DNA of 64,000 nucleotides from Eledone cirrhosa (Eukaryota): NCBI GenBank assembly GCA_964016885.1, contig OZ024743.1, positions 272,180,001 to 272,244,000 of the forward strand, read 5' to 3'. Shown piece by piece: positions 1 to 11,690 of this stretch (position 1 is its first letter; each line of letters starts with the position of its first letter). The notes under the pieces were generated by a model. It saw only the letters and a program-made list of their open reading frames with translations, ran no database searches and was not told where the DNA came from. The position numbers and the translations under genes were made by a program.

Positions 1-1147
1 CCAGCTGTGACCATCCAATCTTTTTTCTTTGTGCAGGAAACCCAGGATCACATTAATCAATGTGTCTCCTTTTTAAAGATAGTGGAGTGTGAGTTGAGGG
101 TGACTTGGCTACTATCATAGCAGGTCAAGCAGCTATGCTGAGATTTCATTGATTTCTCTTCTGTCAGCTTCTATAGAGTTTGTTTGTTTGTACTTCAGTG
201 CTATTCTGCGAAAGCAAACTATTGAGGTAGTGTTGGTTGAGTGTGTTTCTTCCATGTAAAATGTTGCATAATAAACATAAATGCATTAAAACTGAGAATT
301 TAAAAATATGACAGGTTTTAATACAAAACCATTACAACAAAATGCGCTTTAACTCATTCAAAGCCAAACCACATAAAACTGCTGATATTGAAGTGATGGA
401 ATTTGTATTCAAATCTTTTACTACTAAAAACATATTGAATCTTAAGAAAGATAATATATAAAATAAGATTTCAATATGTTGAAGTTTGTCTTTTATTATC
501 AAGTTAGTTTGTTTCTTTAAACAAATTTTTACAATTTTGTAAATTAAAAAATAAAATCAGAATTCTTGTTAGAAATATAGTAACAAAAGGTTTAAAGCCA
601 TTTTCCCTACTAAGTCAGATATTAGCTTGCAGGCACCATGGTAGGTTTCATAGTAATTTTGGAGTACTTTTTGAGACCATGTTTTATGGCTTAGTGTCCT
701 TCCTAGTCTGAATACTTCTAGTGATCCCTTATAGCATGTAGAAATATGGTGCACTTATTCTAAACAAGATACAAACAGTATCTAACACAGATGGACATAG
801 CATTTGAAAAGGATGTTGTAGATTTAGAGCAATATGTGTCAAAATCTGGAATTCATTATTGCAGCTGGATCAACTCATCCAACAATTCCTACTCAAAAAA
901 TACCACTGTTAGTTTTGGTTAAAGAACAGCTGGACAAATAGAGACTGATAAAATAATTCCAAAAAGATTTGAAAAACAAAACAAAACAGGACCACTAAAA
1001 TTTGTAAAGATGGTGCCCCAGCATGGCCACAGTCTAATAACTAGATCCAATAAAAGAATAAAATGATCAAATCAACATTTCAGTCTAAAAATTGTAAAGT
1101 TGAGATGAGAATTTTAACCAATTGAAATGATTCTGGGATTTTTTTAG

Positions 1148-1291
1148 GCTTGGTGCACCACATGATGGAGAATCTGGTGCTGAATTGTGTACAACCAATT
1201 CTGGCTACCTCATGAGTTATAACAGGTCTGATCCTATTAAGGCACATAGATTCTCAACATGCTCAATAAAAAAGTTTAAAGAATTCTTAAG
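1148..1291 (+). CDS. Internal exon of M12B (reprolysin/ADAMTS-like) zinc metalloprotease: end of the Zn-binding motif and Met-turn
   Basis: tttttag acceptor (1146-1147) and AG|gtaagc donor (1292). Reads LGAPHDGESGAELCTTNSGYLMSYNRSDPIKAHRFSTCSIKKFKEFL: LGxxHD is the end of HExxHxxGxxHD, YLM the Met-turn, then FSxCS. Phase 2/2. The HExxH part is upstream of the window. Confidence 0.92.
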
Positions 1292-1400
1292 GTAAGCAGA
1301 TCTTTCTCTTTCATTGATGAATTGCTTAACTCTTTTGATACCAACATACCTGGTTCAAATCTTATTTAGAAATGACTATCATAATTTTAGTCATACTTAA

Positions 1401-1920
1401 TAATTGTTTCTACACCAGCAATTTGAAGGGAAGGGGAAAGTTGATTAAATCGATCCTAGTGTGTTACTGATACCTAATTTTATCAACCTCTTAAGGATGA
1501 AAAGCAAAGCTAACCACAGTGAGATTTGAACTCAGAATGTAAAGGGCTGTTACTATATACTGCAAAGCAAGTTGTCTGATACTCTACGAATACTGCCAAT
1601 TCACCAAGAATAATAATTGTTTCTACTTTTGGCACAAGGCCAGCAATTATCCCAGTGCATTATAATGCTTTATTTTATGGACCCTGTAAGGATGAAAGGC
1701 AAAGTTAACCTTGGCGGGATTTGAACTCAGACCGTAAAAGGCCGTAACTCTATGCTGCAAAGCATGGTGTCCGACTCTCTACGGATACTGCCAATCCACC
1801 GCCCCTTTTATTCACCAATAATAATAATGGTTTCTGATTTAGGCACAAGGCCATCGATTTGTGGGGGAGGGGAAAGTTGATTAAATTGTAAGGATGAAAG
1901 GCAAAGCTAACCTTGGCAAG
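1401..1920 (-). mobile_element. Cluster of three tRNA-derived SINE copies (family A), in intron
   Basis: Reverse complement of ggcagtatcggtag...gagttcaaatcccgccgagg..tttgcctttcatccttacggggtcgataaaataaagtaccag...gccttgtgcc..tagaaacaatta. Copies at about 1401-1605, 1614-1805 and 1825-1920 (truncated). Confidence 0.85.
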
Positions 1921-2128
1921 AAGAAGCAGTAGGAGGAAAAGAAGAAGGAGCAAAAAGGAGAAGGAAGAGAAGGAGGTGGAGGAGAAAAAGAAGGCAGAGA
2001 AGACAGAGAAGAAGGAGAAGATGAAGAAAGATGAAGAGGAGGAGGAGAACTAATTTTGATGTAAAATAAGGAAATAGATAAATACCACAAACCTTTCGTC
2101 TATGTCTTCTTTTCTCGTGTTATTCTAG

Positions 2129-2255
2129 AACAACTGCTGCTCATTGTCTATGGAATCGGGCTGTTGAGCCAATTCCTTATCCTAAAGTGTTACCAGGGCA
2201 ACAAATGAAGCTGAAGGATCAGTGTTATAATTATGTGAAAGGAGAACCTTGTGAG
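2129..2255 (+). CDS. Exon of same metalloprotease: end of catalytic domain, start of disintegrin-like/Cys-rich domain
   Basis: ttctag acceptor, GAG|gtaaga donor. In frame with the previous exon: (R)TTAAHCLWNRAVEPIPYPKVLPGQQMKLKDQCYNYVKGEPCE, with the ADAMTS-type CL..LPGq....dQC pattern. Confidence 0.9.
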
Positions 2256-3143
2256 GTAAGAAATAAATTTCATTTCACATGGGGTAAATCACTTTGTTCA
2301 GCCTTGTACCCCTTATTTATCTTTTAGATAAGTATACATGTTTTTTTAAACCATTGTTTTCTGTCTAGGATGTTGAAGTCTGGTTTCTTTCTTCTCCCAC
2401 CCTTTTTTTATATAACTTCCAACAAATTGATTCTTAATGTCCTATACCACATGAAACCACATAAGCAAGGCCTCCTTTATGTCCTTTTATTCTGTTTTCA
2501 AATCCCACCTAGGTCAACTTTGTCATTCATCCTTCTTAGAGCAATAAAATAAAGACCAATGAACAAATAATGGCATTGATGTAATTGACAAAAACATCCC
2601 TGGGGGTAGTGCCCCAGCATGGCCACAGTCCAGTGACTTAAACCCAAAAGTAAATAAAAAAAAAGAATTCTCTTTTAATACATAATTTAAAAAAATAAGT
2701 TTAGAATATAAAATATAAAAGATTATAAGCCAATGGTCAAGTTAGAGCCATCATACTTAATGTAGGGAGGAGCGAATAATGTAATGAATTAATCAATAAT
2801 ACTTATATGGTGAGCAGAAGAAAACATTTTACTCAATGGTTATAATAAAGTAATTTGATTAAAGCAAGTATGGGCCAATAACTCCAGGCATATTTCCATA
2901 TCATTAGACCTCCTCAGCAAAACAACCTTCTACATACATGCTTAGTGATAAGTGAATCACATTATTGAGGTTCATTAGTGTATATGAATAAGTATAAAAA
3001 AGTATTGTAATGCATGGTGATCGTGGAGAGTTACACATGGACACTATCCACACAAAAATTAAGAGGTAAGTTTGTGTCATTATAATTCATGAGTTCGAAA
3101 GAATGTATTAAATAATTCATCTTTCTCTTTTTCTGCCATGTAG

Positions 3144-3251
3144 GTCAGTGAATTTCAATGCCACCATTTGTGCTGTTATGATGAGAAGCGGAAGTATATA
3201 TTTACCAGAGAACAGCCTGCTGTGCATGGAACTGACTGTGGAAGAAATGCT
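3144..3251 (+). CDS. Exon of same metalloprotease: Cys-rich (ADAMTS disintegrin-like) domain
   Basis: Polypyrimidine tract plus tag acceptor, gtgagt donor, phase 0/0. Reads VSEFQCHHLCCYDEKRKYIFTREQPAVHGTDCGRNA (C..L.C ... PA..GT.CG motif). Confidence 0.9.
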
Positions 3252-4329
3252 GTGAGTTTTGAAATAGTTTCAATTAACCATATTTTTCAAATGCATCTAG
3301 GACACTGAAAAGTGGTTGATGATAGGAAGGGCACCCAGCTGTAAAAAAACAACATGCCAATCAAAAGGTTAGGAGGAATATTGGGTTGTGTGAAATATAT
3401 GACAGTTGCCCTAATATTGGTACCAGAACATATGTAAGCAACATGCTTACATATGTTCTTGACTAGTGTGAGAACACAATGGAGTGTGGGAATGTGTGTA
3501 AGCAAGATGCATGCACTCTGCCTATCTGAGTGGTCAGTACATCTGCTTGAGTACTGACTTGGTCTGTGATGACCTGTCCAACCTTTGCCAGCAGGGAACA
3601 CAGATATTAAATGATGATGATGATGATGATGACGACGATGATATGACACTTAGATGTAAAAAATGCAGACTTATTTCTAAGAAAAAGTTTGTAAAAAAAA
3701 TTGAAGTAGTAAACACAAATTTAAATTTTGGAAGCTAAACAATGCGTTATGGAGAACATTAGATCGCCAAGATAACAAAACTTACCTTAGTAAATTTAAC
3801 GATCCCAGATATTTTTGGGTTTAAAACTCCATTATCAAGGGAGTAACCCTATGAGAGATTTAAAAATCGATCGGATTGACTTGCTTGTTTGGAGAGCAGA
3901 TTTAAATTAAATGAAAAGTAGTATTAAAGTAGTATTAAAAACATTTTTATTGAACAAAAATTCGGCACATTAAAATCGAGTATTGTTCCAAGAGTTGTTT
4001 TTCATTGTGTTGAAGAGCAACAAACATATATTTACATACTTTCACTCAGGTTTATTACTTATAATTCGTTTGTCTTTTATTTATGAATTAGTGAGTAATG
4101 CAAATAGTTGTTTTTTCTGGAAGTATAATATCAATGACAGTATTAATTAGGTATTAAACTAAATTAAACTCGGCTTGTTTATTTAAAAATACATATATAC
4201 TTATACCTAACCTGTATATAGCATACATGTATTTCATTATTCATTTTAATGATATAAAGGTATGGATGGCAGTTGGACTACTTGGCATAATTGTTGAGAT
4301 GGTAAAAACACCTGGTATAGTAGATTGCA

Positions 4330-6035
4330 AGCTAGTTCAATAAATAATTAATCAAGTAGTACAAGAGGTGTACCAGGTGATACAGTAGAAACTCACTTAA
4401 AACTATCGAAGAAGTAATAATAATATGAAATACATGTCTATAAACAAATCTATCATTGTCACACAGTGATGGAATTATAAATTCCAGCAGCATAAGTATT
4501 AACTTTGGTATTTTTCAAGGTGATTCATTTTTTCCTCTGATATTTTGAATTGCACATACACTGATGTCCTTAATGCTCAACAAAACATGGCTACAAAATA
4601 GACAGCAAAACCATAAACCACCTGTTTTATATGGATGACTTGGAAGGACTACTGAAGACGGTTAAAGTGTTCAGCGATGATGTAGGGAAGGAGTTTGGAA
4701 TGGAAAAATGCACCAAAGCAACATTAAAAAAAGGTAGAATGACAAACACAAACTCAATGGAAATAGATGTAAATACAATAAATAGGGAACTAGAACAGGA
4801 ACAAGACTACAGATATCAAGGAATCAATGAAGGCCAAGGCATTCACCATGCTGGCATGAAAGGGAGAACCAGCAAGGAATGCCAGCAGAAAATACATGCT
4901 GTCTTGAAAACAGCTTAATTCAAGGAATAAAATATTTCCCATAAATCATTTTGCAATCCTAGTTGTCACCTTCAGTTTCAATATGTTAACAAAATTAAGA
5001 AAATGGACACCAAAATTAAGAAACTTTTGACCTGTAATAGAATACATCACCTAAAAGCAGATGTGGATTGCCTCTATCTCCCTAGACAAAACGTAGGTAG
5101 AGGAATGATCCAGCTAGAGCTGTCATACAGGATATCGACTATTGGACTCAATCAGTACCTTAAAACTAAAATGAGTAGATGATGAAAATGGTTGCAGATC
5201 ACGAAAGGAAGATGAGGTTACATTCAGTCACAAAGGAAAGTAGGAAATTTGCAAAAGAATTGGAAATACAGTTTGAAAATGATGGCGATTCTGCAATTAA
5301 AGCTGCAAAAAAATGAAAGCCAACAGGCACTAAATGGGAGCAAAAACCACTGCATAGGCAGTATGTTCTCTGTAGCAAAGAACCGAATGTAAATAAAGCT
5401 CTCACTCATTAGTGGTTGTGGACTTCTGGGTTAAAGGCAGAGAGTTTCATTTTGGCTGTACAAGACCAATGTCTTTCCACATGTAACTTCTAAGCCAATG
5501 TGATCAGAAACGGAATTGACCCAAAATGTCAATTTTGTGATAACCATGTCTAGACCATGACCACCTGGTTTCAGGCTGCAAATATTAGCTTCTCAGGAAT
5601 ATAAAACTTATACTGGGTAATGTGAAGGTTTTATGGTCTGAAAATGGAGGGAAAATGATACAACCATCACACAGGTGCAGTAAAGGAGGCGAAAATGTGA
5701 CAATCCTATGGGATTTCCCTGTGAATACTGGCAGAACAATCAAGGCTAACAGACCTGATATAATTGTGAAGGACCCATAAAGAGAAAACATGTTTCTTAA
5801 TTGACATGAGTATTCCATCAGATCTGACCAAAAGAGTTTGGAAAGCTCAGTAGGTATAAAGATCTATCAATTGAAATTGAGAAAATATAGCATCTTAAGG
5901 CCTGTACAAAACCAGTGATAATTAACGCACTTGGAATGATAAAAAAGGGGACTAAAAAATATTTAGACTGGGTATCTGGAAAACCATCTCTGCAAGAGAC
6001 ACAGAAATTAGTGCAAACTGACACGGTCCATTTCA
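4330..6035 (+). mobile_element. Degenerate non-LTR retrotransposon with RT and restriction-like endonuclease (R4/Dong-like), in last intron
   Basis: GIFQGDS (4507), NHLFYMDDL (4615), C..C..H..SGC knuckle (about 5520-5580), TILWDFPVNTGRTIKANRPDIIVKD..CFLIDMSIP RLE motif (5700-5817). Many stops and frameshifts. Confidence 0.85.
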
Positions 6036-6437
6036 TATGGATGAAAGGCAAAGCTAACCTCGGCAGGATTTGAACTCAGACCGTAAAGGGCCATAATTAT
6101 ATGCCGCAAAGCATAATGTCCAACGCTCTAACGATACTTCAATAAATATAATTATCGTCATCATCATCTATGTAAAGAAATATGATTATTATGATAATAA
6201 ATATAATTATCGTCATCATCATCTATGTGTATGTAAAGAAATATGATCATTTTGATGAGATTTTGATGAAGAATTATTTGATGTCTGTCCAATAATAATT
6301 ATAATAAATGTACCTTTCTTCGTTTACATACATCTACAACAAAATCACATTCATTATTTGTAAAAATAAATAATCGTTAAATTCTATTTAATCTAAGCCT
6401 ACTCTAAATAACATCCTGCCTCTTCTATTTTAAACAG

Positions 6438-6491
6438 ATTTGCTACCATGGCAAATGTCTGATGAAAGACAAGCTTTCAGGAAGGATTTAA
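6438..6491 (+). CDS. Terminal coding exon of same metalloprotease
   Basis: aaacag acceptor. Reads ICYHGKCLMKDKLSGRI*, completing the C..GxC motif after GT.CG. TAA at 6489-6491. Confidence 0.85.
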   Translation: MCYHGKCLMKDKLSGRI

Positions 6492-6597
6492 TAATGTAAT
6501 TCAACAGAGGAGATGGATGAGGAAGAAGGGGAGAAAGAAGAGGAGAAAATTCCTATATTTCATTCTGAGAGTGTTCTTGTCTGATTGAATGTGGAAT

Positions 6598-6603
6598 AAT
6601 AAA
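6598..6603 (+). promoter_or_regulatory. Candidate polyadenylation signal of the metalloprotease gene
   Basis: AATAAA about 105 nt after the stop codon. Confidence 0.5.
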
Positions 6604-6619
6604 ATAAGTTTCACACAAA

Positions 6620-7445
6620 ACTATGGATCATTAAATATTTTAATTGGTTACTTATGTTGTGTGATTGTGATCCATTAAATATTTTAATTGGCCACATATG
6701 CTGTGTGTCTGTAACCCATTAAATATATAAATTGGTTACTCATGCTGTGTGTCTGTAACCTATTAATATACTGATTGGCTACATGTGTGCTTGTAACCCA
6801 TTATATATATATTAATTGGTGACTCATACCATGTGTTTGCACTCCATTAATTATGTAAATTAACTATTTATGTTATGCGTTTATTACACTTTGAACATAT
6901 TGACTATTTACATGCATTTGTAACCTATTAACTGTATTAATTGTTTGTAACTAATTAAATACATTAACGGGCTACTTATACTTGGTGTTTAAACCATTAT
7001 AAACATTAATGGATTATCCACATTATCTGTTTGCAACCAATTAAATATATAATGTAGCTACATATGGCGTGTTTAACCAATTAAATATATTAATTGGTTA
7101 CTTATGATTTATGTTCGGAACTCATTGAATATTTTAAATGACTACTTATGCTGGGTTTCAGACCCTTTTAATATATTGATTTTCTATTTATGTTCTGTTT
7201 TAACCCATTAAATACATTAATTCAGTACTTGTGTTCTGTTTGTAATTCATTAAATACACCAATTAACTATTTATGGCATGTTTTATCCTACTAAATACAT
7301 TAATTGATTACATATGTATGTTTAATCCATTAAATATATTATTAAGTTACAAATTTTATGTTTATAATACATTAAATATGTGCTGTTTTAATCAATTAAA
7401 TGCATTAATTGACTACTTATGTTATGTATTAATCCATTAGATATT
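6620..7445. repeat. Degenerate ~40-bp AT-rich minisatellite, about 20 units
   Basis: Recurrent unit resembling ccattaaatatattaattggttacttatgttgtgtttgtaac. Confidence 0.8.
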
Positions 7446-7492
7446 TAGTAGCTTGTTCTGTTATTTACCAATATTAGTAGTGGTATATAGTT

Positions 7493-7735
7493 AGTGGCTA
7501 CACATGGCCTAGTGGTAAGGGTGTTGGAGTTATGTTGTGGGTTCAATTCCTGAGTTGCGGGTTGTTCTTGAGCAAAATACTTCATTTCATGTTGTTCCAG
7601 TATACTTAGCTGAAAATGAATACCAGAAATAGCTAGGGGTTTAACACTGCATTCTGTCTAGTTTTGTACTCTCAGTAATTTCATGGCATGAAACCGGGAT
7701 AAGCACTGGTATAACGAGTCTTACTGACTTTAGAC
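7493..7735 (+). mobile_element. tRNA-derived SINE (family B)
   Basis: A box tggcctagtgg, B box ggttcaattcc, then ttcttgagcaaaatacttcatttcatgttg. Homologous to 63705-63978 (-). Confidence 0.8.
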
Positions 7736-8152
7736 TTTAGATATGGTTAGTCATGGTGGATGCAAAACAGAGAAATTCCACCATCACAAAGTCATATGGT
7801 AAATATTTACACAAAAGTACAGAATAAGTTAAATATGTATTTTTATTCATGGATAAACATTTACAATTAAATTCTACTAATTTTTTAGATGTAGGTGTTA
7901 CACAGTTTTAGGAAATAATTTCCAGTGGCTTATGTCAGACGCTGTGACCCCGGATAGACCAGAACTACCGTTGGTAGGGGTCGGAACTACCTAAGTCCAT
8001 CTCAATAGCCGATCATGTAGTTCTGTGACCTTCGTTTGTATATTTATATTCTAAAAGTAATGTTTCAAAATTTCCCCTTGAAAGATTGTTTTTCATTTTG
8101 TTTGTTTCCATTCATTGCATTATCCTTTCTTTGTTAATTTTCTTAAGTATAT

Positions 8153-8156
<4 letters not shown>

Positions 8157-8209
<53 letters not shown>
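8157..8209. repeat. (GA)n microsatellite
   Basis: Pure GA run. Confidence 0.95.
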
Positions 8210-8210
<1 letters not shown>

Positions 8211-8726
8211 GCCCTAAATAAGGAGTAGAGACGGTAAAAGTAGGGGAAAGTATTTCTTTAAAATTCTAACCAGCATTACATTAACTGTGTTGCTCAGAAA
8301 ACAGTTTACATTTTAACAGACAACTGTCATATTTATATTCGATAAAGTTTTATATATTTACAGTAAATGTAAGTAATATATTGTCACCCTTTAATACAAG
8401 ATTGATATCAAATTCCAATGGTGAATTATCCAGCCACATAATAAACCTCTCATCTCTTCTACTTGAAATCATCCATTGCTAGGGCTTTGCATAAATCATG
8501 CATATGAATAAACCTTAATATATATGTAAAAGTTGAGACCATGTTTTAATTTCTAACTACAGGCTTAATCGATCATTCAAGTATTGTTGTAAGAGATAAC
8601 TAAAGGGTTGAGGTCAGGAAGAGCATCTGGTAAAACATTGTCTCAAAACATCTCACCCAAGACATGCCAGTATGAAAAAGTAAACGTAATAATGATATAT
8701 GTATATATATATATATACAATATAAT

Positions 8727-8830
8727 ATAATTGTTTCTACTTTTGGCACAAGGCCAGCAATTACCCAGTGCATTACTGGTACTTTATTTTATCGACCCCG
8801 TAAGGATGAAAAATAAAGTTAACCTCGGCG
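8727..8830 (-). mobile_element. SINE family A, partial
   Basis: ttgtttctacttttggcacaaggccagcaattacccagtgcattactggtac...aacctcggcg, between AT tracts. Confidence 0.8.
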
Positions 8831-8915
8831 ATATAATATAATATAAAAGTGTAAGAATTTATTAAACTAAAGAGAAAATATGACTAACTCTATACTGTCT
8901 ATCTACCTATCTAAT

Positions 8916-9790
8916 CTTCGACATTCTACAGGGGATTAGTGGAGGATAAGTGTGACGACGTTCTTGGGGAAACTCTAGGCATCGAGGAAGACGAACTAAC
9001 CAGTCTATTCGGGAGGACTTTCCGTCCAGGGCCTATGGATAACTTCCAGAGGTCTCTAGCCTGGCAGTGCTACCGAGGAGCTCTACCAGTTTGAGACAAA
9101 ATCTACAGGCACGGACGCCCTGGCAGAGATCCTGCCAAAAGGACCTGTCCAAGATGCGAGCAGGACATCGAAACCGTTCTGCACGCAATTGTTCAGTGCC
9201 CAGGGGTGACCGATCTGTGGAATTATGTCGAACAGCTGCTGTCACGTGTGGGACGCATCCAGTTGTCAGCCGAGTCCATCGTGAGGATCACCCCGCCGCC
9301 TTCATATAAGAATGAAGGAGAGGCGGTCTTCCCCTGTCTGGTGGCTATGGCGAAAGAGGTAATATGGTGGACGAGGTTAAAAGGACTGAGGGCAAGCACC
9401 TTTCTCTCAGGACAACAACTCATCCCCTTCTTTAAGTACCACTTCAGAAGGAAGGTGAGAGTGGAGAGAGAGAGGTGCTACACCCCAGTAAATTCGCTGA
9501 AAGGTGGGTGAATGGCCTTCTCTGTATATAAACCTGTAGGTTGAGGAAGATAAACAGAGGGAAGACGGGAACACCTACAAAACGTGTTCCTGGTGTTGAG
9601 GGTTCTTCTATCCAGGGAGTGTAAAACAACCCCGCAGTAGCGTTCCCCCCACCTAATGAGGATTTCAATTGTTTTATTTTTATATAGTTTATTGTTATTT
9701 ATCATTGTTAAAGATTTTATGTAAAACCCCCGCTGTCACGTCTTGTAATATCCCATTTTTGTACGCCCCTGTGGTAAATAAAGAAAGATA
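8916..9790 (+). mobile_element. 5'-truncated Tx1/L1-type LINE (ORF2 C-terminus and 3' UTR)
   Basis: Co-linear with 53602-54484 (DNFQRSLAWQCYRGALP, CPRC..ETVLHAIVQC), aataaa at the 3' end, candidate 12-bp TSD tctatctaccta at 8898-8909 and 9791-9802. Confidence 0.9.
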
Positions 9791-9821
9791 TCTATCTACC
9801 TACAAATTAGTTATCTACCCT

Positions 9822-10340
9822 AAATAGGTCATTAAGCATGGCTTGGACGCTGCAGGCTTCCCTTCCCAGCTCGAGCCGGTGGGGCTGGATCGAGGGGACG
9901 GCAAAAGGCCAGATGGCATGACCATCTTCCCGTTCCGCGGTGGCAAACCCCTCGTCTGAGATGCCACTTGCACCGACACTTTCTGCAGCCGCAACCTGGT
10001 GCAGTCTGCGACTGACCCAGGTTCTGCTGCACGTTGGGCTGAGGGGACCAAACTCCTCAAATACCGGTCGCTCTCCGACAGGTTTGCGGTCGTACCCCTG
10101 GCAGTGGAGACTTCTGGTGTACTCGGCCCCAGGGCTACCTCCTTACTCACCACCATAGGCGTTGAGCTGGCCAGCCACAGGTGTGAGCCCCGCGAGTTGG
10201 AGTGGCTTTTCCAGCGCGTCCCTTGCCGTCCTCCGGGGAAACGCCTTCTCCATTCTGTCCGCCAGGGCTGTGGGTGGGCCCCATCGCGTACCGTTGTAAT
10301 TGTTGTAGAAGAAACAGGAAGACAACAACTGGAAAGTTTG
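9822..10340 (+). mobile_element. CRE-clade non-LTR retrotransposon 3' fragment (restriction-like endonuclease)
   Basis: [54 protein letters not shown]. One stop and one frameshift. Confidence 0.88.
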
Positions 10341-10389
10341 ATTTTCTACTTTATCATTTGCTTCTGCACTGAAATATATATACATACAA

Positions 10390-10865
10390 ACCTTACAAAT
10401 ATAGATTTAGCGAGAATCGCATTTCGGCGGGTAGAAAAGGCGAAACGAAACGCAAAAATCAGAAATAATGCTGGCAAACGCTCCATAGTTAAAAAACCAG
10501 AGCTAAACAATATGTTAAGAGGCCATACAAAACTGAAATAGTGGTCAAGAAAGCATCAACCACCTAAGCCAAAAAGCAAATCAAGCTAAACAGGTCAAAA
10601 CAAAATAAATGATAAAGGTAGATAACTCAGAGCACAAAGTTATACATGCTTCGTTCCCTTGGTAAGTAATTTGAGATGTTTATATAAATTTGTATAAAAT
10701 TTATAATTAGAGGTAACTAGAAGTCCAGACAAAGACGTTTAGCGTTTCATCTGTGGTTCGAGTTAGATAGAGCTAAACACACACACACATACAGACATAC
10801 TGACAGACACACACGCATATATTATCTGGATATCGATCTAAACTATTATTATATATATATAGAGA
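10390..10865 (+). mobile_element. Possible non-autonomous Helitron/Helentron-like element
   Basis: Ends in (CA)/(CAGA) microsatellite followed by tattattatatatatatagag, a DINE/HINE-like 3' layout. No coding evidence. Confidence 0.3.
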
Positions 10866-10877
10866 AAGAGTTAGTTC

Positions 10878-11030
10878 CACAACAAATTAGCAAACCATAC
10901 TCGAGGAACGTGTTTACCTATCGGCTTTCCAGCCCGTGCATAGCCGTGGCGAGAACGGAGCCATGTACGGGTTGAAAATCCGCTTGGTGAAACGCGCATT
11001 CTCGAGTATTGTTTGCTAATTTGTTGTTGC
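10878..11030. repeat. Imperfect palindrome with ~70-bp arms (MITE-like hairpin)
   Basis: caacaaattagcaaaccatactcgag... pairs with ...ctcgagtattgtttgctaatttgttg. Confidence 0.8.
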
Positions 11031-11109
11031 AAATATGTTTTAAATAACATAACAAATGAGTAAATAACATTATAAATTGCTCGCAATTCGTTCAGAAGGA
11101 AAATATGTC

Positions 11110-11690
11110 TAAAACATGTTTAATAATACAATAATATAAATTCATGATAAAAAATGATAAGGGAAAGGCAAATAAAGTGTGATAATCGGTCGCAACCTGT
11201 GGTGTTCAAGACGTTCGGGGTTAACTGCATACTGTCAGGCAAGCCAACACGCTCGCAGCATTACCACGAGTAATGGCGAGGCTAACGCGTTGAAATAACC
11301 AGGCACCCTGACGGGCATCACCTAACACCTCAGTAAGGTGAGCCGCCAGTGAAGACAAGAACTTCGCTGTCAGTGGCCCGACTCCACCGAACGTCTTGAA
11401 CACCAGAGGGTGGAAAAAATAATTATTTGATAAGTCCTGGTATTTCCGAACTTTATTTCGTTCGGCAGCGGAAGCAGTAAGCTCCACATTCACCGCGGCG
11501 TCCATGATGTGGGAAGGAGCAAAAGAGTCACTGACTGTGAAATCCTACCTCTCACCCAGGGACAAAGGGTAAGACGGTCTGGTCTCTTCCCATCACTTCT
11601 GGATAAACCAGCCGGCTCCAGAACTATTTACCCGAGCCAGGGCCCGTTTGATGATCAGGTTTAGCTCAAACCGAACTCGCCCCCTGAATT
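11110..11690 (-). mobile_element. Second CRE-clade 3' fragment (different family)
   Basis: IIKRALA..LEPAGLSRSDGKRPD..DFTVSDSFA..AERNKVRKYQDL..FHPLVFKTFGG..WLFQRVSLAITRGNAASVL. Confidence 0.88.
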
